Part shown: piece after piece, positions 30,783 to 39,508 of the stretch
How positions within the stretch are numbered: position 1 is the stretch's first letter
How the letters are laid out: every line of letters starts with the position of its first letter
Origin: Gemmatimonadota bacterium
Lineage (GTDB): Bacteria > JBHIER01 > G020348925
Assembly: GCA_020348925.1 (NCBI GenBank)
Contig: CP070758.1
Location: 372,001-436,000, forward strand
Length of the DNA: 64,000 nt
Direction of reading: 5' to 3'
The notes under the pieces: generated by a model
Databases searched by the model: none
Seen by the model: only the letters and a program-made list of their open reading frames with translations
Told to the model about the DNA's origin: nothing
Position numbers and translations under genes: made by a program

Positions 30783-31211
30783 ACGATCACCGTAATAACA
30801 ATACTTTTATGTCCTTATCGCGGTGTAACGGCAATTGACCCGTTCCTAAGAGTTCGAATTAAAAAATTCGGTATGCGTTCACTCGAAAAAGCCCGCCCGT
30901 TTCATGAGAACCGTCAGGCCCAGGAGAGCCGGGCTGTGTTCCAAAGCAATCTATTGTTATGTATCAGCTTACGCAGATTTTGCGGCGCTCGCAATGAGAC
31001 GCCCTGCAAAGTTGGCCTTATGGGACCAGGTGCATAATTAGAAATATGGAACAATAATGAAACGGATACCTTCTCTAATAACCTGCTTTCGGCTGTGTGT
31101 TCATAACTTAATATGCCCTGTTCATATTGTCAAGGATTATTTCTGGCGACAGAAGGCTTAGGCGGAAAAACACCAGAATGAGCCGGGGGCAATCTCCTTC
31201 AATAAGGGGTG

Positions 31212-31368
31212 AGCTCCTTTTGGTCGCTCACTTCTCCATGGAGTCTGACCGGCCCTCGGGCGCTTCGCGATCCTTCGCCCGCTCGGATGGCTCTGCTGTC
31301 ACCCTTGAAGGGAGCTTACCCCCTTCAATCGACCCCTGCCTTACTGAAATTTGTAGAAATTCCGAAAA
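31212..31368. repeat. Dispersed ~155-bp intergenic repeat, copy 2
   Basis: Co-linear similarity to 2557-2710, same orientation. Confidence 0.85.
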
Positions 31369-31411
31369 ATTAAATTAACCTCATAGAAATCTTCGAGAGC
31401 CACAATAATAC

Positions 31412-31440
31412 TTGACAGAGTTGCTCTACTTCATTAGTTT
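31412..31440 (+). promoter_or_regulatory. Putative sigma70 promoter
   Basis: TTGACA-N17-TAGTTT upstream of 31538. Confidence 0.5.
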
Positions 31441-31537
31441 CATTTGTTCTGTTGGTTCGAAATCTATGGAACTCATGGACTGCAAAGGCGTTCTTTATTC
31501 ATATCTGTACTAAGAACTTGAAAGGAGGTGATACAGA

Positions 31538-32161
31538 GTGAAGAAAGTGTCAATCCTGGGAATGGTTTTCGCAATATTCGTATTGGTAGCGTTTACTCAT
31601 GCACAATGTTTGCCCGGCAGTGACGACATGAAGGTCGTGTGCATCAAGGGTGAAGGGGCGGGCGAGGAATGCTGTAAAACGGGAGCGATGGGCTGCTGCA
31701 AGATGATGGGTTGTCAAGGTGAAGGGCATCAGTGCATGGGGGGGTGTGAGAACCGGCTCTTTCTGTGTTGTGCCCAAGAGCTTGACCTGAATGAGAGTCA
31801 AGTGGAACGCTTGAAAACATTACAGTTGGAGCACAAAAAGTCGATGATCCGAGGAAGCGCCGACCTGGAAATATTAGAGCTCGAACTGAAACACCTGCTT
31901 CAAGAGTCAGAGCCCAATCGCAGCGCTATCGATAACAAGATTACGGCAATAGGCGACTTGCAGACGAAGATGAAAAAGAACAAGGTGCACGCCCGCCTGG
32001 ATGCCAAGAAAGTCCTGACGAAAGAGCAGCTGGAGAAGTGCATGCACGGTTCCTGCGGATGTTGTGGAATGGGACTGAAGAAAGTGATTGAGCACAAAAC
32101 ATGTTCGAAAGAAGGATCGTGCTCCATAGAAAGCAAGAAATACGAAGGCCATTGTAAATAA
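31538..32161 (+). CDS. Spy/CpxP-like periplasmic protein with Cys-rich flanks
   Basis: Signal peptide; ELDLNESQVERLK...KKVLTKEQ (LTxxQ motif); AGGAGGTG RBS with GTG start. Confidence 0.75.
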   Translation: MKKVSILGMVFAIFVLVAFTHAQCLPGSDDMKVVCIKGEGAGEECCKTGAMGCCKMMGCQGEGHQCMGGCENRLFLCCAQELDLNESQVERLKTLQLEHKKSMIRGSADLEILELELKHLLQESEPNRSAIDNKITAIGDLQTKMKKNKVHARLDAKKVLTKEQLEKCMHGSCGCCGMGLKKVIEHKTCSKEGSCSIESKKYEGHCK

Positions 32162-32185
32162 GACATAACGGTTCGTAACATTTTC

Positions 32186-32233
32186 TAAGGGGGCGCTGGC
32201 AAGGCCGGACGGCTGATTGTCTGCGCCCCCTTA
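32186..32233 (+). other. Intergenic stem-loop
   Basis: taagggggcgc (32186-32196) / gcgccccctta (32223-32233) perfect 11-bp stem. Confidence 0.6.
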
Positions 32234-32266
32234 TTCCTCTTTCGAAAAAAGGAGAGACGAACATTC

Positions 32267-33313
32267 ATGGGTAAATATCTCTTTAGAAAAAGCATGATTC
32301 TTGGAACTGTTGTCAGTCTTTTGATGTGTTGGAGTCTGCTCTCATCGGCTGATGAGTGGGAGAGAATGCGTATTCAGAAATTCGAGCCGCGGCGAGACCC
32401 TCCTGAGATAACGATAAAGAGCCTTGACGGGAAGAAAGTGGCACTGGAAGATTTCAGGGGGAAAGTGGTTTTTCTTAACTTCTGGGCAACATGGTGTGGA
32501 TGGTGTAAGCGGGAAATGCCCTCGATGGAGAAACTCTATGAGGCATTCAAAGACAGAGGCCTCGAAATTCTTGCCGTCGATGTTCGGGAATCCCGGGAGA
32601 AGATAGAGCCTTTTTGGGACAAGTACGGCTTGACTTTTCCTGCGTTTCTGGATAAAAACGGGATGGCTTCCTATGCCTTCGGAGTGAGGGGTATGCCGGC
32701 CACTTTTCTCATTGATCGCCAGGGAAAAGTCGTAGGCAGCGTTCCCGGTTACCGGGATTGGTTTACTGAAGATGCCAAGGCTGTAATTTCTCAACTGTTG
32801 TCCGAGAAGGGACCGAAGGTGAAGGAGGGGGTGGAGGATCAGGAGACGTCGGACGTGAAGGAGGCGGAGAGCGTCGAGGTGACAGATGACGACGCGAAGG
32901 CAGAAAATCCGGTTCCTTTCAATCTGAACTCCATATCAGGGCCGCCCGTGCTTTCTCAAGGTCAGATTGTGGTGAAAAACGCTCAGGTTTTTGATCTGGA
33001 CAAGGGGATGGCCGGAGACGAGAAATCGGCCGACTTTTCCTGGTCCGAGCTTGGATTGACGACCCGGTTTCTCATCCCTCAGAATGGTGCTGAGTTTTCC
33101 AACAAGGGCGTTGTCGACCAGGTCACCTTCGATGATATCATTTTAACTGAGTACTCTGGCTCGCCCATTAATGGCAGCGAGGGGGAGAAGAATAGACTCA
33201 AGGTGGGAACCGTGTTGTACGCACGAACCAACGAAGGACGCTTCGCCTGTCTTCGAATAGATAACAACTCAAGAGATTTGGAATTAAGCTGGATAACCTA
33301 CAAAAAGGACTGA
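32267..33313 (+). CDS. TlpA/ResA-like thiol-disulfide oxidoreductase with extra C-terminal domain
   Basis: Signal peptide; FRGKVVFLNFWATWCGWCKREMP; GVRGMPATFLIDRQG; acidic linker, then a ~130-aa unknown domain. Confidence 0.85.
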   Translation: MGKYLFRKSMILGTVVSLLMCWSLLSSADEWERMRIQKFEPRRDPPEITIKSLDGKKVALEDFRGKVVFLNFWATWCGWCKREMPSMEKLYEAFKDRGLEILAVDVRESREKIEPFWDKYGLTFPAFLDKNGMASYAFGVRGMPATFLIDRQGKVVGSVPGYRDWFTEDAKAVISQLLSEKGPKVKEGVEDQETSDVKEAESVEVTDDDAKAENPVPFNLNSISGPPVLSQGQIVVKNAQVFDLDKGMAGDEKSADFSWSELGLTTRFLIPQNGAEFSNKGVVDQVTFDDIILTEYSGSPINGSEGEKNRLKVGTVLYARTNEGRFACLRIDNNSRDLELSWITYKKD

Positions 33314-33375
33314 TCGTTAAGGGTCATCATCTTTCGACCTCTTTTTATTATTCACAGGCAATTGATTTTTTTTGC

Positions 33376-33474
33376 GGGAATGGTTGGTAGGCTGGTGCTG
33401 CCCGCGGACTTCAAATCCGTAGTCCCGAACTGTTGAGTTGGGGAGGTGGGTTCGATTCCCACACATTCCCGCCA
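33376..33474 (+). tRNA. selC: tRNA-Sec (anticodon UCA)
   Basis: Acceptor GGGAATG/CATTCCC + G-CCA; anticodon arm GCGGA-CTTCAAA-TCCGT; long variable arm; T-arm GTGGG-TTCGATT-CCCAC. Confidence 0.92.
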
Positions 33475-33644
33475 ATGATATACATCCGTTGCTCTTTGCG
33501 CGTCTCAAGGAACGGAATTATCCGAGCAAACGGCAGGTGATGAAGAGCAATCTGTATTGACCTTGGTGAGAACAGAGAGACACGAATCCCGATTTCAGAC
33601 AGGAACGCTCAACATCGATCAATCCGACACTGTGGAGAAATCCC

Positions 33645-35051
33645 ATGGAGAAATACGATATCGCCATTCTTGGTGCAGGACCCGGAGGCTATGTGGCAGC
33701 TATTCGGGCTGCACAACTGGGCGTAAAGGTTTGTGTTGTTGAAAGAGAGGAAGTCGGCGGTACATGCCTGAACTGGGGATGCATTCCGACAAAAGCGCTG
33801 GTTGCATCGGTACGCTCACTTGAGAAAGCTACGAGCGGTAAGGAGTACGGTTTTGAGATCGAAGGCGCCATGAGGATCCATTTTGACCGGATGATGACCA
33901 GAAAGAACGAGGTCGTCAAGCGCCAGGTCAAAGGGATCACATCACTGTTCTCGAGTTACGGGATACGACTGCATTACGGTGCCGGGAGACTCCACGATAA
34001 AAATACTATTGAAATAACAGATTCTGAGGGCGGAAAGAAACAGATCTATGGGGACAAGATTATTTTGGCTACCGGTTCGAGGCCCTCTGATATCCCCGGA
34101 GTGCCGGTGGACGGTCAGTCGATACTCTCAAGTAACGAAGCCCTAGCACTGAAGGATATTCCTGCCAGTATGCTCATAATCGGAGCCGGCGCGATTGGGT
34201 GTGAATTTGCCTCAATTTTTCATGCTTTGGGCTCCGACGTGACTCTTGTCGAGCTGTTGCCCCGGGTTGTACCCATGGAAGACGAGGAGATATCGGGGAT
34301 ATTGGAGCGGGAACTGAAAAAACGGAAAATCAAATTCTATGCAAATAGCAGCGTTGAATCGGTTGAGAGGGAGAATGGGACATCAATCAAGGCCCACCTG
34401 TCGAACGACCGCATAATCTCGGCGGAGAAAGTCCTTGTCTCTGTGGGGCGGGCTTTCAATGTTGAGGACATAGGACTTGAAGCGGTCGGAATTGAGCAGG
34501 GAGCTCGTGGGGAAATTTCGGTCAACAATAGGATGGAGACGAATATTAAAGGTGTCTATGCTATTGGCGATGTCATTGGCGGAATGATGTTGGCCCACGT
34601 TGCCTCCAGGGAGGGGATTGTGGCCGTCGAGAATGCCCTGGGCGGCGATGAGACTGTCGATTATTCTGCCGTTCCGTCCTGCATCTTCTTCAATCCGGAA
34701 ATCGCCAGTGTCGGTTATAAAGAGAAAGAGGTTGTGGAGGAGGGAAAAAACATAAGGGTCGGACGCTTTCCAATGCGCAGTCTTGGTATGGCCCATGCCC
34801 TGGGAGAGATTTCAGGGCTCATAAAAGTGATTTGTGATAGTGAAACCGATAGAATCTTGGGAGTACATATGATCGGCCCCCATGTCACTGAAATAATACA
34901 TGAGGCTGTTCTGGCTATACAAAGCGGTTATACTGGGACCGATTGGGGCAAAATGATCCACGCCCACCCGACAATGTCTGAGGCTCTCCAGGAGGCCGTT
35001 CACGATCTTCACGGTGCGGCTATTCATCTTCCACAAAAACAGCAGAGGTGA
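33645..35051 (+). CDS. lpdA: Dihydrolipoyl dehydrogenase
   Basis: GAGPGGYVAAIRAAQLG, GGTCLNWGCIPTK, GAGAIGCE, HAHPTMSE. Confidence 0.96.
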   Translation: MEKYDIAILGAGPGGYVAAIRAAQLGVKVCVVEREEVGGTCLNWGCIPTKALVASVRSLEKATSGKEYGFEIEGAMRIHFDRMMTRKNEVVKRQVKGITSLFSSYGIRLHYGAGRLHDKNTIEITDSEGGKKQIYGDKIILATGSRPSDIPGVPVDGQSILSSNEALALKDIPASMLIIGAGAIGCEFASIFHALGSDVTLVELLPRVVPMEDEEISGILERELKKRKIKFYANSSVESVERENGTSIKAHLSNDRIISAEKVLVSVGRAFNVEDIGLEAVGIEQGARGEISVNNRMETNIKGVYAIGDVIGGMMLAHVASREGIVAVENALGGDETVDYSAVPSCIFFNPEIASVGYKEKEVVEEGKNIRVGRFPMRSLGMAHALGEISGLIKVICDSETDRILGVHMIGPHVTEIIHEAVLAIQSGYTGTDWGKMIHAHPTMSEALQEAVHDLHGAAIHLPQKQQR

Positions 35052-35381
35052 AACGAGTTGGCGAAATGAAGCCTGAAGGAGATCGTTGTCGATACGTAAC
35101 GAGAATTTTTTTACAAAGCGCTTTCTTTATATATATTATATAAAGGTAGTTAACACGATCAATCCGAACCTCTCTCCGTGCAATCGGCTTACTGTTCTGA
35201 AGGACATATCTGCTCGTACGTGCCATGCTCTAGGCGAATATTGGAAATCCGAATCAACCCTTGACTTTCATGACTGAAGGGTGTAAATTGTTTTTCACCG
35301 GTTTGAATATCCACTGTCGTATTTAGAGTGCTTCAGCGGATTGAGACAGGAATCCATTGTTTGCAAGATAGGAGGTGCGCC

Positions 35382-35780
35382 GTGGAAGATGTCAAAAGTC
35401 TTATTCTGTCTCTGGAGCAGCAGCAGGTCGAGGCTTTCAATAAGGGTGATGTGGATAAGATCCTGAGCTTTTTTAACCCTGATATCGTTGGATTTTCTTC
35501 CACAAAACATGATCGTTTTACAGGTTTGGAGGGACTCAGAGGAACATTTGAGTATTATCTTCAAAAGACCACCAAGCTGGAATACAGCATCTCCGACCCA
35601 TCGACTCAAGTCTTTGGAGATACGGCAATTCTAAGTTTTTATTGGCTTGTGGCCACGACTTTTGGAAAGACGAGGCGTGAGGTACAAGGACGGGGCACTC
35701 ATGTGTATCGGAATGAGAACGGAGAGTGGAAAATCGTACACGAGCATTTTTCACGCGCTCATCACGCCTATGAGAAGTAA
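35382..35780 (+). CDS. NTF2/SnoaL-like (DUF4440) protein
   Basis: GGAGG RBS + GTG; AFNKGDVDKI...GRGTHVY..GEWKIVHEHFS. Confidence 0.85.
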   Translation: MEDVKSLILSLEQQQVEAFNKGDVDKILSFFNPDIVGFSSTKHDRFTGLEGLRGTFEYYLQKTTKLEYSISDPSTQVFGDTAILSFYWLVATTFGKTRREVQGRGTHVYRNENGEWKIVHEHFSRAHHAYEK

Positions 35781-35959
35781 GGTTCGAAGTCAGACCGCCT
35801 AAAAGAAAATCGGTAATCACGGCCCCCCCATTCCTCTTTTTGGGTGGAGGTGTTGGATTCTTCGGCAAACAGAGATCGGGTAGAAACATAGAATGTTTGA
35901 GACCTCAGAACCGCCCTCCATTCTTTGAGGGATAATTTCCTTTTAATTCCATTTTTTTC

Positions 35960-35988
35960 TTGACATGGGGCAAGAGTTCAATTATAAT
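35960..35988 (+). promoter_or_regulatory. Perfect-consensus sigma70 promoter upstream of the multi-cohesin gene
   Basis: TTGACA (35960-35965), 17 nt, TATAAT (35983-35988); AT-rich upstream tract. Confidence 0.8.
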
Positions 35989-36308
35989 ATTGTTTCAATT
36001 ATCAAGTTGTAATTGACCCCTGTGATGTGCACTTGCTGCTTACGGCAGAGGTGAGGGGAGGGACAGCCTCAAAATTCATGTAGGAAATGGTTTTCATTAA
36101 CACACTTCGACAAACAACTGTTGTATTATCTTCAACCAAAAATCGAAAAGATAATCTTGAATTTATTCACAGAAAGGGGGTGAAATACAGAGAAAATTAC
36201 AATCCTGCCTCTTCAAATCCTTAGAGCAGGCAAAAGGGAAAGGTGTGCGTGCTGCCGGTACGCATTGAGAGGATGAGGTAGATGCTTTTCGCATGATGTA
36301 CTGAGGAG

Positions 36309-38918
36309 GTGATATTTTTGAAGCACTTTAAAGTTTTTTCGTTGGTCGTCCTAATGCTTTTGGGTGTCGTCGTGGGAAATGGAAGCGCCCAGTTTAGACT
36401 TTCGAATGTGAGTATCACTGATGCCACCGGTGTACCAGGAGAGACGTTGGATATCGTAATAAGCATGAATACCGCAGGTATTGGCGTCGATGGCTCTATG
36501 GGGTCATTTGAATTCGATTTCTCTTTTGACACTCAAATTTTCGAGGTGACAGCCCTTCAAGTGTTAGGTCCTTTTGCCGGTTGGTGTGCTATTGATTATC
36601 AAGCAGGCGGAACAGGTATAACCATAGCTCCTTCAGAGCAATGTGATCCGTTGGATTTAGGGACTGCCATGAGGGACGTGCTGAGACTAAGTATGCTCGT
36701 AAAAGAATCTGCGGTACCCGGGACATACGAGTTGGACATACCGATGGCACCTGCTCCCGTCTTCGCTCCAGACGGAACACCTTTTGATGCTGTGAGTGTT
36801 TCCAGCGGTGCGTTTCAGGTGAAGCCGATTAAATTGAGCCTGGCCGATATTTCGGCGGCACAGGGGAGCCGTAGGATAGAAGTCGATTTATATATGGACA
36901 TTTATAACCCTGAAGGTGTCGTGGCTTTTAATCTGGATGTGCTCTATGATGATGCGGCTTTAACGGTCACCGCAGTTGATAAGACCGAGCGCACAAGTTC
37001 CGTGCCGAATTGGCAGTTTTCCGTCTTCGAAGGAGGCGTTACTCTGTTGGCCATTGGGCAGGATCTGGGTACCGGAGCTCTGTTTCCAATTGCGCCCGGC
37101 ATGGGCAGTATTGCAAAACTTTACATAGACGTGAGCCCCAACGCCCCGGCCGGCGATGTTGCCATGACCTTCTCGAATGTCACAATCACGAAAAAGGTCG
37201 ACGATGAGGACATAAAACTTTCACCGAAGGTTGTCCATGGTGCCCTCGAGGTCGTGAGTCCATCGGCCATTCTCTCTCTTGGTAATGGAGCCGGACATCC
37301 GGGAGGGACTGCCAGCGCACCCGTGAATTTATACCAGACGACGGACGTGGCTTCTGTACAATTCGACGTCCTGTTTAATACCAATGTGCTCTCAGTAACG
37401 GGCGTCACGAGCCCCGGCGGAGGGTGCGCCTTTAATACAGCGAATATTACTGGTGGAGTTACCATTACGGGTACGTGCTCACTGCTCCCCGGAGCTGGTC
37501 CAATTGCCGACATTCAGTTCAATGTTGTTGGTACAAGCAGCGGCGAGTATCCGCTCGCCTTGTCAAACGTCACGCTGACTGATGGTGTTGGCGGTGCCGT
37601 GCCAACCGGGATGGAGGAAGGTCAAATAAATGTCGTATCAAGCGGAACAGCTGTGGTTACGGTGGGCGGTTCTGCGGCAATGATTGGAGCTACCGGCAAT
37701 ACGGTGGCCGTCAATCTTGCCAACGATGTTGACGTATCGGCTTTCCAGATGGATTTGGGTTTCGACACACAGTATATGAGTGTGCAAGACGTAACTTCGA
37801 CGACACGGTCCGCCGGAATGGATAGCCTAACATGGAACAATCTCAATGGTGGCATCCGAATTCTTTTTTATTCGGTAGGCGGAGGTGTTATCGGTGCTGC
37901 CGACGGATCGATCTTAAATATTACGTTCGATGTCGATAGAGGAACGCCTGGGGGATTTTACGATTTCTCCATATCCGGCGTTGTGGTGGGTGATGCCGAT
38001 AGGAACAGAGTCAACGTCGAGTCCTTCGATGGTACCCTTTGGATTACCTGTGGAACGCAAGGGGATATCAATAGCGACTATGATTTCGACATTGCGGATG
38101 TAGTGACCCTCGTGAATATCATTCTCGAGGGGATTGATTACGATGGTTGCACCCTGCAGAAGGGAGATTACAACGAGGACGATATGCTCAACATTCTTGA
38201 TGTCGTGGCCATGGTTGATGACATCTTAAGCGGCATGACGAAATCAGTGGCGCCTTATGGGACCGCTACAGTCTGGGCGGATCAGGTAACAGCTTCTGAG
38301 ACGCAAGAGTTTGAGCTTCCCATCCGTATTGAGACTCAGGCCGAGATCGTCGGGGCACAGTTGACCCTTCGATATAATCCGAACGCGCTCGAGCCGAGTA
38401 CGCCGAACCTCATGAAGAGCAGTCAACATATGAGTTTGGCCTCTCGTGCTCATAACGGTGAATTGACCATCGTCGTTTACAGCCTCGACGGCCGAGCTCT
38501 TAATGGTGGCGAAAACGGTGTTGTCACCGTGCCGTTCCGGAGAACTTCTGGTTCTCTGGATCTGGATTTTGGTGAGGTCATCCTGGCCGGGCATCAGGGA
38601 CAATCCATTGCTGCTGAAGTGCGTCCCATCTCCTTGAAATCCGGTCTTCTGCCTGAGGAGTTTGCCCTCAACCAGAATTATCCCAATCCGTTCAACCCTG
38701 AGACGAAAATTGCCTTCAGCCTGCCGAGCGATTCGAGGGTTGCGCTGTCTGTCTATAATGTACTGGGACAGAGGGTGGCTACCCTCATCAACACGGAGAT
38801 GTCTGCGGGTCAGCATAGTGTAACCTGGATGGCGGATTCGGTACCGACGGGTGTTTACTTCTATACGATCACAGCCGGTGAGTTTACGGCCACGAAGAAG
38901 ATGATTCTGTTGAAGTAA
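36309..38918 (+). CDS. Secreted multi-cohesin, dockerin and T9SS-type CTD protein (scaffoldin-like)
   Basis: Signal peptide; four ~130-aa cohesin-like beta repeats (e.g. VASVQFDVLFNTNVLSV, VSAFQMDLGFDTQYMSV..GSILNITFDV); dockerin GDINSDYDFDIAD..GDYNEDDMLNILD; fifth cohesin-like unit; LNQNYPNPFNPETKIAF..GVYFY..TKKMILLK. Confidence 0.8.
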   Translation: MIFLKHFKVFSLVVLMLLGVVVGNGSAQFRLSNVSITDATGVPGETLDIVISMNTAGIGVDGSMGSFEFDFSFDTQIFEVTALQVLGPFAGWCAIDYQAGGTGITIAPSEQCDPLDLGTAMRDVLRLSMLVKESAVPGTYELDIPMAPAPVFAPDGTPFDAVSVSSGAFQVKPIKLSLADISAAQGSRRIEVDLYMDIYNPEGVVAFNLDVLYDDAALTVTAVDKTERTSSVPNWQFSVFEGGVTLLAIGQDLGTGALFPIAPGMGSIAKLYIDVSPNAPAGDVAMTFSNVTITKKVDDEDIKLSPKVVHGALEVVSPSAILSLGNGAGHPGGTASAPVNLYQTTDVASVQFDVLFNTNVLSVTGVTSPGGGCAFNTANITGGVTITGTCSLLPGAGPIADIQFNVVGTSSGEYPLALSNVTLTDGVGGAVPTGMEEGQINVVSSGTAVVTVGGSAAMIGATGNTVAVNLANDVDVSAFQMDLGFDTQYMSVQDVTSTTRSAGMDSLTWNNLNGGIRILFYSVGGGVIGAADGSILNITFDVDRGTPGGFYDFSISGVVVGDADRNRVNVESFDGTLWITCGTQGDINSDYDFDIADVVTLVNIILEGIDYDGCTLQKGDYNEDDMLNILDVVAMVDDILSGMTKSVAPYGTATVWADQVTASETQEFELPIRIETQAEIVGAQLTLRYNPNALEPSTPNLMKSSQHMSLASRAHNGELTIVVYSLDGRALNGGENGVVTVPFRRTSGSLDLDFGEVILAGHQGQSIAAEVRPISLKSGLLPEEFALNQNYPNPFNPETKIAFSLPSDSRVALSVYNVLGQRVATLINTEMSAGQHSVTWMADSVPTGVYFYTITAGEFTATKKMILLK

Positions 38919-38940
38919 ATTTTAACGGACACTTTCTTGA

Positions 38941-38974
38941 AAGGAGGGGCAGTTTTTTGCCCCTCCTTTTTTTT
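38941..38974 (+). terminator. Rho-independent terminator
   Basis: aaggaggggca-gtttt-tgcccctcctt followed by a T run. Confidence 0.85.
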
Positions 38975-39103
38975 GGAGGGGAAATTTTCATTGCTGGCTT
39001 AGAAGAGGATGGTTATTTTCATGCAACTGGAAGCGAAGGGAAATACTCAGTTCTGTGTATGAGGTTCGCCGGGATACATCTTGAAATATGAAGTGGGGGG
39101 TCC

Positions 39104-39439
39104 ATGGAAACGGGAAACAAGCGTTGGACACAAAAATCATTCGATGATCTCATTCGCAATTCTGAAAAACCCGTGCTCGTCGATTTCTGGGCGGCGTGGT
39201 GCGGTCCCTGTAAAATGGTTTCACCTGTGATAGAACGGATAGCGAAGGACTATTCGGGGCGAATGACGACGGTTAAGGTGAATGTTGATAAGAAACCTCA
39301 TATTGCGGTCCAGTACCGGATAGAGAGCATCCCGACCATTATGATGTTTTGGAGGGGGGGGCCGATTATGCGAGTAGCTGGAGCGCAGTCGCAGGCGCAG
39401 CTCCAGCGGCACATTGATGATGCGCTCTCTGATATCTGA
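39104..39439 (+). CDS. trxA: Thioredoxin
   Basis: PVLVDFWAAWCGPCK, KVNVD, SIPT. Confidence 0.95.
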   Translation: METGNKRWTQKSFDDLIRNSEKPVLVDFWAAWCGPCKMVSPVIERIAKDYSGRMTTVKVNVDKKPHIAVQYRIESIPTIMMFWRGGPIMRVAGAQSQAQLQRHIDDALSDI

Positions 39440-39508
39440 TGGTTAAAATTGGAAGAAGACCACTCGTTCTTTTGACGTTTGTGTTTCTCTGACAAAGGAG
39501 GTGGGAAA

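Noticed and set aside
30880-30940. Hairpin plus T-run in the leader of the lamin-tail gene as a c-di-GMP-I riboswitch
   Set aside because: The motif pieces fall on opposite strands and the GCAAA/GNRA architecture is missing; at most a simple terminator-like hairpin.
31044-31100. GGAACAATAATGAA resembling the start of a c-di-GMP-II riboswitch
   Set aside because: The downstream conserved elements and pseudoknot are absent.
33455-33474. selC 3' end as an integration site for an island
   Set aside because: I saw no duplicated tRNA 3' end and no integrase in the window.
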